DNA of 64,000 nucleotides from Eledone cirrhosa (lineage: Eukaryota), in assembly GCA_964016885.1 (NCBI GenBank), contig OZ024748.1, positions 39,370,001 to 39,434,000 of the forward strand, read 5' to 3'. Positions within the stretch are counted from its first letter, which is position 1, and each line of letters starts with the position of its first letter. Below, piece after piece: positions 12,990 to 26,670 of this stretch. The notes beneath the pieces are model-generated. The model searched no databases, had not been told where the DNA came from, and saw nothing but the letters and a program-made list of their open reading frames with translations. The position numbers were made by a program, and so were the translations under genes.

Positions 12990-15170
12990 AAGACACTGTC
13001 TATGTCATTACCCCTTTCATTATCATATTTCTAATGAAAGACACTGTCTATGTCATTAAACCTTTCGTTACCATATTTCTAATGAAAGTCACTGTCTATG
13101 TCATTAACCCTTTCATTACCATATTTCTAATGAAAGACACATTCTATGTCATTAATCCTTTCATTACCATATTTCTAATGGAAGTCACTGTCTATGTCAT
13201 TAACCCTTTCATTACCATATTTCTAATGAAAGTCACTGTCTATGTCATTAACCCTTTCATTACCATATTTCTAATGAAAGTCACTGTCTATGTCATTAAC
13301 CCTTTCATTTCCATATTTCTAATGAAAGACACAGTCTATGTCATTAATCCTTTCATTACCATATTTCTAATGAAAGTCACTGTCTATGTCATTAACCCTT
13401 TCATTACCATATTTCTAATAAAAGTCACTGTCTATTTAATTAACCCTTTCATTACCATATTTCTAATGAAAGACACTGTCTATGTCATTAACCCTTTCAT
13501 TACCATATTTCTAATGAAAGACACTGTCTATGTGATTAACCCTTTCATTACCATATTTCTAATGAAAGACACTGTCTATTTCATTAACCCTTTCATTACC
13601 ATATTTCTAATGAAAGACACTGTCTATTTCATTAACCCTTTCATTACCATATTTCTAATGAAAGTCACTGTCTATGTCATTAACCCTTTCATTACCATAT
13701 TTCTAATGAAAGACACTGTCTATGTGATTAACCCTGTCGTTACCATATTTCTAATGAAAGTTCCTGTATATGTCAGTAACCCTGTCATTACCATATTTCT
13801 AAGGAAAGACACTGTCTATGTCATTAACCCTTTCATTACCATATTTCTAATGAAAGACACTGTCTATGTCATTAACCCTTTCATTACCATATTTCTAATG
13901 AATGTCACTGTCTATGTCATTAACCCTTTCATTACCATATTTCTAATGAAAGACACTGTCTATGTCATTAACCATTTCATTACCATATTTCTAATGAAAG
14001 TCACTGTCTATGTCATTAACCCTTTCATTACCATATTTCTAATGAAAGTCACTGTCTATGTCAGTAACCCTGTCATTACCATATTTCTAATGAAAGACAC
14101 TGTCTATGTCATTACCCCTTTCATTATCATATTTCTAATGAAAGACACTGTCTATGTCATTAAACCTTTCGTTACCATATTTCTAATGAAAGTCACTGTC
14201 TATGTCATTAACCCTTTCATTACCATATTTCTAATGAAAGACACATTCTATGTCATTAATCCTTTCATTACCATATTTCTAATGGAAGTCACTGTCTATG
14301 TCATTAACCCTTTCATTACCATATTTCTAATGAAAGTCACTGTCTATGTCATTAACCCTTTCATTACCATATTTCTAATGAAAGTCACTGTCTATGTCAT
14401 TAACCCTTTCATTTCCATATTTCTAATGAAAGACACAGTCTATGTCATTAATCCTTTCATTACCATATTTCTAATGAAAGTCACTGTCTATGTCATTAAC
14501 CCTTTCATTACCATATTTCTAATAAAAGTCACTGTCTATTTAATTAACCCTTTCATTACCATATTTCTAATGAAAGACACTGTCTATGTCATTAACCCTT
14601 TCATTACCATATTTCTAATGAAAGACACTGTCTATGTGATTAACCCTTTCATTACCATATTTCTAATGAAAGACACTGTCTATTTCATTAACCCTTTCAT
14701 TACCATATTTCTAATGAAAGACACTGTCTATTTCATTAACCCTTTCATTACCATATTTCTAATGAAAGTCACTGTCTATGTCATTAACCCTTTCATTACC
14801 ATATTTCTAATGAAAGACACTGTCTATGTGATTAACCCTGTCGTTACCATATTTCTAATGAAAGTTCCTGTATATGTCAGTAACCCTGTCATTACCATAT
14901 TTCTAAGGAAAGACACTGTCTATGTCATTAACCCTTTCATTACCATATTTCTAATGAAAGACACTGTCTATGTCATTAACCCTTTCATTACCATATTTCT
15001 AATGAATGTCACTGTCTATGTCATTAACCCTTTCATTACCATATTTCTAATGAAAGACACTGTCTATGTCATTAACCATTTCATTACCATATTTCTAATG
15101 AAAGTCACTGTCTATGTCATTAACCCTTTCATTACCATATTTCTAATGAAAGTCACTGTCTATGTCATTA
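12990..15170. repeat. Tandem 23-monomer (1104-bp) duplication
   Basis: GTTCCTGTATA at 13760 and 14864; ATTACCCCTTTCATTATC at 13007 and 14111; CTAAGGAAAG is also present in both copies. Confidence 0.9.
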
Positions 15171-18100
15171 ACCCTTTCATTACCATATTTCTAATGAAAG
15201 TCACTGTCTATTTCATTAACCCTTTCATTACCATATTTCTAATGAAAGACACTGTCTATGTCATTAACCCTTTCATTACCATATTTCTAATGAAAGACAC
15301 TGTCTATGTCATTTACCCTTTCATTACCATATTTCTAATAAAAGTCACTGTCTATGTCATTAACCCTTTCATTACCATATTTCTAATGAAAGTCACTGTC
15401 TATGTCATTAACCCCTTCATTACCATATTTCTAATGAAAGACACATTCTATGTCATTAATCCTTTCATTACCATATTTCTAATGGAAGTCACTGTCTATG
15501 TCATTAACCCTTTCATTACCATATTTCTAATGAAAGTCACTGTCTATCTCATTAACCCTTTCATTACCATATTTCTAATGAAAGACACTGTCTATTTCAT
15601 TAACCCTTTCATTACCATATTTCTAATGAAAGACACTGTCTATGTCATTAACCCTTTCATTACCATATTTCTAATAAAAGTCACTGTCTATGTCATTAAC
15701 CCTTTCATTACCATATTTCTAATGAAAGACACTGTTTATTTCATTAACCCTTTCATTACCATATTTCTAATGAAAGACACTGTCTATTTCATTAACCCTT
15801 TCATTACCATATTTCTAATGAAAGACACTGTCTATTTCATTAACCCTTTCATTACCATATTTCTAATGAAAGTCACAGTCTATGTCATTAATCCTTTCAT
15901 TACCATATTTCTAATGAAAGTCACTGTCTATGTCATTAACCCTTTCATTACCATATTTTTAATGAAAGACACTGTCTATGTGATTAACCCTGTCATTACC
16001 ATATTTCTAATGAAAGTTACTGTCTATGTCAGTAACCCAGTCATTACCATATTTCTAATGAAAGTCACTGTCTATGTCATTAACCCTTTCATTACCATAT
16101 TTCTAATGAAAGATACTGTCTATGTGATTAACCCTGTCGTTACCATATTTCTAATGAAAGACACTGTCTATGTCATTAACCCTTTCATTACCATATTTCT
16201 AATGAAAGACACTGTCTATGTCATTAACCCTTTCATTACCATATTTCTAATGAAAGTCACTGTCTATGTCATTAACCCTTTCATTACCATATTGCTAATG
16301 AAAGACACTGTCTATGTCATTAACCCTTTCATTACCATATTTCTAATGAAAGTCACTGTCTATGTCATTAACCCTTTCATTACCATATTTCTAATGAAAG
16401 TCACTGTCTATGTCATTAACCCTTTCATTACCATATTTCTAATGAAAGTCACTGTCTATGTCATTAACCCTTACATTACCATATTTCTAATGAAAGACTC
16501 ATTCTATGTCATTAATCCTTTCATTACCATATTTCTAATGGAAGTCACTGTCTATGTCAGTAACCCTGTCATTACCATATTTCTAATGAAAGACACTGTC
16601 TATGTCATTAACCCTTTCATTACCATATTTCTGAGACTGTCTATTTCATTAACCCTTTCATGACCATATTTCTAATGAAAGACACTGTCTATGTCATTAA
16701 CCCTTTCATTACAATATTTCTAATGAAAGTCACTGTCTATGTCATTAACCCTTTCATTACAATATTTCTAATGAAAGACACTGTCTATGTCATTAACCCT
16801 TTCATTACAATATTTCTAATGAAAGACACTGTCTATGTCATTAACCCTTTCATTACCATATTTCTGAGACTGTCTATTTCATTAACCCTTTCATGACCAT
16901 ATTTCTAATGAAAGACACATTCTATTTCATTAACCCTTTCATTACAATATTTCTAATGAAAGTCACTGTCTATGTCATTAACCCTTTCATTACCATATTT
17001 CTAATGAAAGTCACTGTCTATGTCATTAACCCTTTCATTACCATATTTCTAATGAAAGTCACTGTCTATGTCATTAACCCTTTCATTACCATATTTCTAA
17101 TGAAAGTCACTGTCTATGTCATTAACCCTTTCATTACCATATTTCTAATGAAAGTCACTGTCTATGTCATTAACCCTTTCATTACCATGTTTCTAATGAA
17201 AGTCACTGTCTATTTCATTAACCCTTTCATTACCATATTTCTAATGAAAGACACTGTTTATTTCATTAACCCTTTCATTACCATATTTCTAATGAAAGAC
17301 ACTGTCTATGTCATTAACCCTTTCATTACCATATTTCTAATGAAAGACACTGTCTATTTCATTAACCCTTTCATTACCATATTTCTAATGAAAGACACTG
17401 TCTATTTCATTAACCCTTTCATTACCATATTTCTAATGAAAGACACTGTCTATTTCATTAACCCTTTCATTACCATATTTCTAATGAAAGACACTGTCTA
17501 TTTCATTAAACCTTTCATTACCATATTTCTAATGAAAGACACTGTCTATGTCATTAACCCTTTCATTACCATATTTCTAATGAAAGTCACTGTCTATGTC
17601 ATTAACCCTTTCATTACCATATTTCTAATGAAAGAAACAGTCTATGTCATTAATCCTTTCATTACCATATTTCTAATGAAAGTCACTGTCTATGTCATTA
17701 ACCCTTTCATTACCATATTTCTAATGAAAGACACTGTCTATGTGATTAACCCTGTCATTACCATATTTCTAATGAAAGTTACTGTCTATGTCAGTAACCC
17801 TGTCATTACCATATTTCTAATGAAAGTCACTGTCTATGTCATTAACCCTTTCATTACCATATTTCTAATGAAAGACACTGTCTATGTCATTAACCCTTTC
17901 ATTACCATATTTCTAATGAAAGACACAGTCTATGCAATTAACCCTTTCATTAACATATTTCTCACAAAAGACACAGCCTATGTCATTAATCCTTTCATTA
18001 CCATATTTCTAATGAAAGTCACTGTCTATCTCATTAACCCTTTCATTACCATATTTCTAATGAAAGTCACTGTCTATGTGATTAATCCTGTCATTACCAT

Positions 18101-18389
18101 ATTTCTAATGAAAGTCACTCTCTACTTCATTAACCCTTTCATTACCATATTTCTAATGAAAGACACTGTCTATGTCATTAACCCTTTCATTACCATATTT
18201 CTAATGAAAGTAACTGTCTATGTCATTAACCCTTTCATTACCATATTTCTAATGAAAGTCACTGTCTATGTCATTAACCCTTTCATTACCATATTTCTAA
18301 TGAAAGACACAGTCTATGTCATTAACCCTTTCATTATCATATTTCTAATGAAAGTCACTGTCTATGTCATTAACCCTTTCATTACCATA

Positions 18390-19470
18390 TTTCGAATGAA
18401 AGACGCTGTCTATGTGATTAACCCTGTCATTTCCATATTTCTAATGAAAGACACTGTCTATGCAATTAACCCTTTCATTAAAATATTTCTCACAAAAGCC
18501 ACTGTTTGTGTCATTGACCATTTCATTACCATATTTCTAATGAAAGACACTGCCTATGTCATTAACACTTTCATTACCATATTTCTAATGTAAGACACTG
18601 TCTGTCATTAACCCTGTCATTACTATATTTCTAATGAAAGACACTGCCTATGTCATTAACCCTTTCATTACCATATTTCTAATGTAAGACACTGTCTGTC
18701 ATTAACCCTGTCATTACTATATTTCTAATGAAAGACATTGTCTATGTCAATAACACATTCATTACCATATTTCTAATGAAAGACACTGCCTATGTCATTA
18801 AAACTTTCATTACCATATTTCTAATGAAAGACACTGTCTATGTCATTAACCCTGTCACTACTATATTTCTAATGAAAGACACTGCCTATGTCATTAACCC
18901 TTTCATTACCATATTTCTTATGAAAGACACTGTCTATGTCATTAACCCTTTATTATCATATTTCTAATGAAAGGCACTGTCTATGTCATTAACCCTTTAT
19001 TATCATATTTCTAATGAAAGACACTGTCTATGTCATTAACCCTTTCATTAACATATTTCTCACAAAAGACACTGCCTATGTCCATATTACCATATATCTA
19101 ATGAAAGACACTGTCTATGTCATTAACTCTTTCATTACCATATTTCTAATGAAAGACACTGTCTATTTCATTAACCCTTTCATTACCCTATTTCTAATGA
19201 AAGACACTGCCAATGTCATTAACCCTTTCATTACCATATTTCTGACACTGTCGATGTCATTAACCCTTTCATCATCATATTTCTAATAAAAGACACTGTT
19301 TATGTCATTAACCCTATCATTACCTTATTTCTAATGAAAGACACTGTCTATGTCATTAACCCTGTCATTACCATATTTCTAATGAGAGACACTGCCGATG
19401 TCATTAACCCTTTCATTACCATATTTCTGAGACTGTCTATTTCATTAACCCTTTCATTACCATATTTCTA
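18390..19470. repeat. Diverged monomer island (multiple indels and multi-substitution monomers); partial copies at about 58390-59035 and 63690-64000
   Basis: Contains ATGTAAGACACTGTCTGTC, CCCTTTATTATC, TATGTCCATATTACCATATATC, CTGACACTGTCGATG and ATGAGAGAC. Matching pseudo-ORF starts 19014/58578 and 19471/59035 are both offset by 39564. Confidence 0.88.
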
Positions 19471-20037
19471 ATGAAAGACACTGTCTATTTCATTAACCCT
19501 TTCATTACCATATTTCTAATGAAAGTCACTGTCTATGTCATTAACCCTTTCATTACCATATTTCTAATGAAAGTCACTGTCTATTTCATTAACCCTTTCA
19601 TTACCATATTTCTAATGAAAGACACTGTCTATGTCATTAACCCTTTCATTACCATATTTCTAATGAAAGTCACTGTCTATGTCATTAACCCTTTCATTAC
19701 CATATTTCTAATGAAAGTCACTGTCTATGTCATTAACCCTTTCATTACCATATTTCTAATGAAAGTCACTGTCTATGTCATTAATCCTTTCATTACCATA
19801 TTTCTAATGAAAGGCACTGTCTATGTCATTAACCCTTTCATTACCATATTTCTAATGAAAGGCACTGTCTATGTCATTAACCCTTTCATTACCATATTTC
19901 TAATGAAAGTCACTGTCTATGTCATTAACCCTTTCATTACCATATTTCTAATGAAAGACAGTCTATGTCATTAACCCTTTCATTACCATATTTCTGAGAC
20001 TGTCTATTTCATTAACCCTTTCATTACCATATTTCTA

Positions 20038-23000
20038 ATGAAAGACACTGTCTATGTCATTAACCCTTTCATTACCATATTTCTAATGAAAGTCACTGTC
20101 TATGTCATTAACCCTTTCATTACCATATTTCTAATGAAAGTCACTGTCTATGTCATTAACCCTTTCATTACCATATTTCTAATGAAAGTCACTGTCTATG
20201 TCATTAATCCTTCCATTACCATATTTCTAATGAAAGGCCCTGTCTATGTCATTAACCCTTTCATTACCATATTTCTAATGAAAGTCACTGTCTATGTCAT
20301 TAACCCTTTCATTACCATATTTCTAATGAAAGACACTGTCTATGTCATTAACCCTTTCATTACAATATTTCTAATGAAAGTCACTGTTTATGTCATTAAC
20401 CCTTTCATTACCATATTTCTAATGAAAGACACTGTCTATTTCATTAACCCTTTCATTACCATATTTCTAATGAAAGACACTGTCTATTTCATTAACCCTT
20501 TCATTACCATATTTCTAATGAAAGTCACAGTCTATGTCATTAATCCTTTCATTACCATATTTCTAATGAAAGTCACTGTCTATGTCATTAACCCTTTCAT
20601 TACCATATTTCTAATGAAAGTCACAGTCTATGTCATTAATCCTTTCATTACCATATTTCTAATGAAAGACACTGTCTATGTCATTAACCCTTTCATTACA
20701 ATATTTCTAATGAAAGTCACTGTTTATGTCATTAACCCTTTCATTACCATATTTCTAATGAAAGACACTGTCTATTTCATTAATCCTTTCATTACCATAT
20801 TTCTAATGAAAGACACTGTCTATTTCATTAACCCTTTCATTACCATATTTCTAATGAAAGTCACAGTCTATGTCATTAATCCTTTCATTACCATATTTCT
20901 AATGAAAGTCACTGTCTATGTCATTAACCCTTTCATTACCATATTTCTAATGAAAGACACTGTCTATGTGATTAACCCTGTCATTACCATATTTCTAATG
21001 AAAGTCACAGTCTATGTCATTAATCCTTTCATTACCATATTTCTAATGAAAGTCACTGTCTATGTCATTAACCCTTTCATTACCATATTTCTAATGAAAG
21101 ACACTGTCTATGTGATTAATCCTGTCATTACCATATTTCTAATGAAAGTCACTGTCTATGTCATTAACCCTTTCATTACCATATTTCTAATGAAAGTCAC
21201 TGTCTATGTCATTAACCCTTTCATTACCATATTTCTAATGAAAGTCACTGTCTATGTCATTAATCCTTCCATTACCATATTTCTAATGAAAGGCCCTGTC
21301 TATGTCATTAACCCTTTCATTACCATATTTCTAATGAAAGTCACTGTCTATGTCATTAACCCTTTCATTACCATATTTCTAATGAAAGACACTGTCTATG
21401 TCATTAACCCTTTCATTACCATATTTCAGAGACTGTCTATTTCATTAACCCTTTCATTACCATATTTCTAATGAAAGACACTGTCTATGTCATTAACCCT
21501 TTCATTACAATATTTCTAATGAAAGTCACTGTTTATGTCATTAACCCTTTCATTACCATATTTCTAATGAAAGACACTGTCTATTTCATTAACCCTTTCA
21601 TTACCATATTTCTAATGAAAGACACTGTCTATGTCATTAACCCTTTCATTACCATATTTCTAATGAAAGTCACTGTCTATGTCATTAACCCTTTCATTAC
21701 CATATTTCTAATGAAAGTCACTGTCTATGTCATTAACCCTTTCATTACCATATTTCTAATGAAAGTCACTGTCTATGTCATTAATCCTTCCATTACCATA
21801 TTTCTAATGAAAGGCCCTGTCTATGTCATTAACCCTTTCATTACCATATTTCTAATGAAAGTCACTGTCTATGTCATTAACCCTTTCATTACCATATTTC
21901 TAATGAAAGACACTGTCTATGTCATTAACCCTTTCATTACAATATTTCTAATGAAAGTCACTGTTTATGTCATTAACCCTTTCATTACCATATTTCTAAT
22001 GAAAGACACTGTCTATTTCATTAACCCTTTCATTACCATATTTCTAATGAAAGACACTGTCTATTTCATTAACCCTTTCATTACCATATTTCTAATGAAA
22101 GTCACAGTCTATGTCATTAATCCTTTCATTACCATATTTCTAATGAAAGTCACTGTCTATGTCATTAACCCTTTCATTACCATATTTCTAATGAAAGTCA
22201 CAGTCTATGTCATTAATCCTTTCATTACCATATTTCTAATGAAAGACACTGTCTATGTCATTAACCCTTTCATTACAATATTTCTAATGAAAGTCACTGT
22301 TTATGTCATTAACCCTTTCATTACCATATTTCTAATGAAAGACACTGTCTATTTCATTAATCCTTTCATTACCATATTTCTAATGAAAGACACTGTCTAT
22401 TTCATTAACCCTTTCATTACCATATTTCTAATGAAAGTCACAGTCTATGTCATTAATCCTTTCATTACCATATTTCTAATGAAAGTCACTGTCTATGTCA
22501 TTAACCCTTTCATTACCATATTTCTAATGAAAGACACTGTCTATGTGATTAACCCTGTCATTACCATATTTCTAATGAAAGTCACAGTCTATGTCATTAA
22601 TCCTTTCATTACCATATTTCTAATGAAAGTCACTGTCTATGTCATTAACCCTTTCATTACCATATTTCTAATGAAAGACACTGTCTATGTGATTAATCCT
22701 GTCATTACCATATTTCTAATGAAAGTCACTGTCTATGTCATTAACCCTTTCATTACCATATTTCTAATGAAAGTCACTGTCTATGTCATTAACCCTTTCA
22801 TTACCATATTTCTAATGAAAGTCACTGTCTATGTCATTAATCCTTCCATTACCATATTTCTAATGAAAGGCCCTGTCTATGTCATTAACCCTTTCATTAC
22901 CATATTTCTAATGAAAGTCACTGTCTATGTCATTAACCCTTTCATTACCATATTTCTAATGAAAGACACTGTCTATGTCATTAACCCTTTCATTACCATA

Positions 23001-23850
23001 TTTCAGAGACTGTCTATTTCATTAACCCTTTCATTACCATATTTCTAATGAAAGACACTGTCTATGTCATTAACCCTTTCATTACAATATTTCTAATGAA
23101 AGTCACTGTTTATGTCATTAACCCTTTCATTACCATATTTCTAATGAAAGACACTGTCTATTTCATTAACCCTTTCATTACCATATTTCTAATGAAAGAC
23201 ACTGTCTATTTCATTAACCCTTTCATTACCATATTTCTAATGAAAGTCACAGTCTATGTCATTAATCCTTTCATTACCATATTTCTAATGAAAGTCACTG
23301 TCTATGTCATTAACCCTTTCATTACCATATTTCTAATGAAAGTCACAGTCTATGTCATTAATCCTTTCATTACCATATTTCTAATGAAAGACACTGTCTA
23401 TGTCATTAACCCTTTCATTACAATATTTCTAATGAAAGTCACTGTTTATGTCATTAACCCTTTCATTACCATATTTCTAATGAAAGACACTGTCTATTTC
23501 ATTAATCCTTTCATTACCATATTTCTAATGAAAGACACTGTCTATTTCATTAACCCTTTCATTACCATATTTCTAATGAAAGTCACAGTCTATGTCATTA
23601 ATCCTTTCATTACCATATTTCTAATGAAAGTCACTGTCTATGTCATTAACCCTTTCATTACCATATTTCTAATGAAAGACACTGTCTATGTGATTAACCC
23701 TGTCATTACCATATTTCTAATGAAAGTCACAGTCTATGTCATTAATCCTTTCATTACCATATTTCTAATGAAAGTCACTGTCTATGTCATTAACCCTTTC
23801 ATTACCATATTTCTAATGAAAGACACTGTCTATGTGATTAATCCTGTCAT
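20038..23850. repeat. 1577-bp (33-monomer) higher-order repeat, about 2.4 copies
   Basis: TTTCAGAGAC at 21424 and 23001; the CCTTCCATT...AAAGGCCCT markers repeat at the same offset. 1577 = 32x48+41. Confidence 0.88.
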
Positions 23851-23999
23851 TACCATATTTCTAATGAAAGTCACTGTTTATGTCATTAACCCTGTCATTA
23901 CCATATTTCTAATGAAAGTCACTGTCTATGTCATTAACCCTTTCATTACCATATTTCTAATGAAAGACACTGTCTATGTCATTAACCCTTTCATTACCA

Positions 24000-26670
24000 T
24001 ATTTCTAATGAAAGTCACTGTCTATGTCATTAACCCTTTCATTACCATATTTCTAATGAAAGTCACTGTCTATTTCATTAACCCTTTCATTACCATATTT
24101 CTAATGAAAGACACTGTCTATGTCATTAACCCTTTCATTACCATATTTCTAATGAAAGACACTGTCTATGTCATTTACCCTTTCATTACCATATTTCTAA
24201 TAAAAGTCACTGCCTATGTCATTAACCCTTTCATTACCATATTTCTAATGAAAGTCACTGTCTATGTCATTAACCCCTTCATTACCATATTTCTAATGAA
24301 AGACACATTCTATGTCATTAATCCTTTCATTACCATATTTCTAATGGAAGTCACTGTCTATGTCATTAACCCTTTCATTACCATATTTCTAATGAAAGTC
24401 ACTGTCTATCTCATTAACCCTTTCATTACCATATTTCTAATGAAAGACACTGTCTATTTCATTAACCCTTTCATTACCATATTTCTAATGGCAGACACTG
24501 TCTATGTCATTAACCCTTTCATTACCATATTTCTAATAAAAGTCACTGTCTATGTCATTAACCCTTTCATTACCATATTTCTAATGAAAGTCACTGTCTA
24601 TGTCATTAACCCTTTCATTACCATATTTCTAATGAAAGACACATTCTATGTCATTAATCCTTTCATTACCATATTTCTAATGGAAGTCACTGTCTATGTC
24701 ATTAACCCTTTCATTACCATATTTCTAATGAAAGTCACTGTCTATCTCATTAACCCTTTCATTACCATATTTCTAATGAAAGACACTGTCTATTTCATGA
24801 ACCCTTTCATTACCATATTTCTAATGAAAAACACTGTCTATGTCATTAACCCTTTCATTACCATATTTCTAATGAAAGACACTGTCTATGTCATTAACCC
24901 TTTCATTACCATATTTCTAATGAAAGTCACTGTCTATGTCATTAACTCTTTCATTACCATATTTCTAATGAAAGACACTGTCTATTTCATTAACCCTTTC
25001 ATTACCCTATTTCTAATGAAAGACACTGCCAATGTCATTAACCCTTTCATTACCATATTTCTGACACTGTCTATGTCATTAACCCTTTCATTACCATATT
25101 TCTAATAAAAGACACTGTCTATATCATTAACCCTTTCATTACCATATTTCTAATGAAAGACACTGTCTATGCAATTAACCCTTTCATTAACATATTTCTC
25201 ACAAAAGCCACTGTTTATGTCATTGACCATTTCATAACCATATTTCTAATGAAAGACATTGTCTATGTCAATAACACATTCATTACCATATTTCTAATGA
25301 AAGACACTGCCGATGTCATTAACCCTTTCATTACCATATTTCTGAGACTGTCTATTTTATTAACCCTTTCATTACCATATTTCTAATGAAAGACACTGTC
25401 TATGTCATTAACCCTTTCATTACCATATTTCTAATGAAAGACACTGTTTATTTCATTAACCCTTTCATTACCATATTTCTAATGAAAGACACTGTCTATT
25501 TCATTAACCCTTTCATTACCATATTTCTAATGAAAGACACTGTCTATTTCATTAACCCTTTCATTACCATATTTCTAATGAAAGTCACGGTCTATGTCAT
25601 TAATCCTTTCATTACCATATTTCTAATGAAAGTCACTGTCTATGTCATTAACCCTTTCATTACCATATTTCTAATGAAAGACACTGTCTATGTGATTAAC
25701 CCTGTCATTACCATATTTCTAGTGAAATTTACTGTCTATGTCAGTAACCCTGTCATTACCATATTTCTAATGAAAGTCACTGTCTATGTCATTAACCCTT
25801 TCATTACCATATTTCTAATGAAAGACACTGTCTATGTGATTAACCCTGTCGTTACCATATTTCTAATGAAAGTCACTGTCTATTTCATTAACCCTTTCAT
25901 TACCATATTTCTAATGAAAGACACTGTCTATGTCATTACCCCTTTCATTATCATATTTCTAATGAAAGACACTGTGTATGTCATTAAACCTTTCGTTACC
26001 ATATTTCTAATGAAAGTCACTGTCTATGTCATTAACCCTTTCATTACCATATTTCTAATGAAAGACACATTCTATGTCATTAATCCTTTCATTACCATAT
26101 TTCTAATGGAAGTCACTGTCTATGTCATTAACCCTTTCATTACCATATTTCTAATGAAAGTCACTGTCTATGTCATTAACCCTTTCATTACCATATTTCT
26201 AATGAAAGTCACTGTCTATGTCATTAACCCTTTCATTTCCATATTTCTAATGAAAGACACAGTCTATGTCATTAATCCTTTCATTACCATATTTCTAATG
26301 AAAGTCACTGTCTATGTCATTAACCCTTTCATTACCATATTTGTAATAAAAGTCACTGTCTATTTAATTAACCCTTTCATTACCATATTTCTAATGAAAG
26401 ACACTGTCTATGTCATTAACCCTTTCATTACCATATTTCTAATGAAAGACACTGTCTATGTGATTAACCCTTTCATTACCATATTTCTAATGAAAGACAC
26501 TGTCTATTTCATTAACCCTTTCATTACCATATTTCTAATGAAAGACACTGTCTATTTCATTAACCCTTTCATTACCATATTTCTAATGAAAGTCACTGTC
26601 TATGTCATTAACCCTTTCATTACCATATTTCTAATGAAAGACACTGTCTATGTGATTAACCCTGTCGTTA
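24000..26670. repeat. Dispersed copy of about 11220-13750 (offset 12784 bp over the first part)
   Basis: TTACCC marker at 11391 and 24175; identical 77-aa pseudo-ORFs at 12369 and 25153; shared GTCACGGTC and CTAGTGAAATTT markers. Confidence 0.88.
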
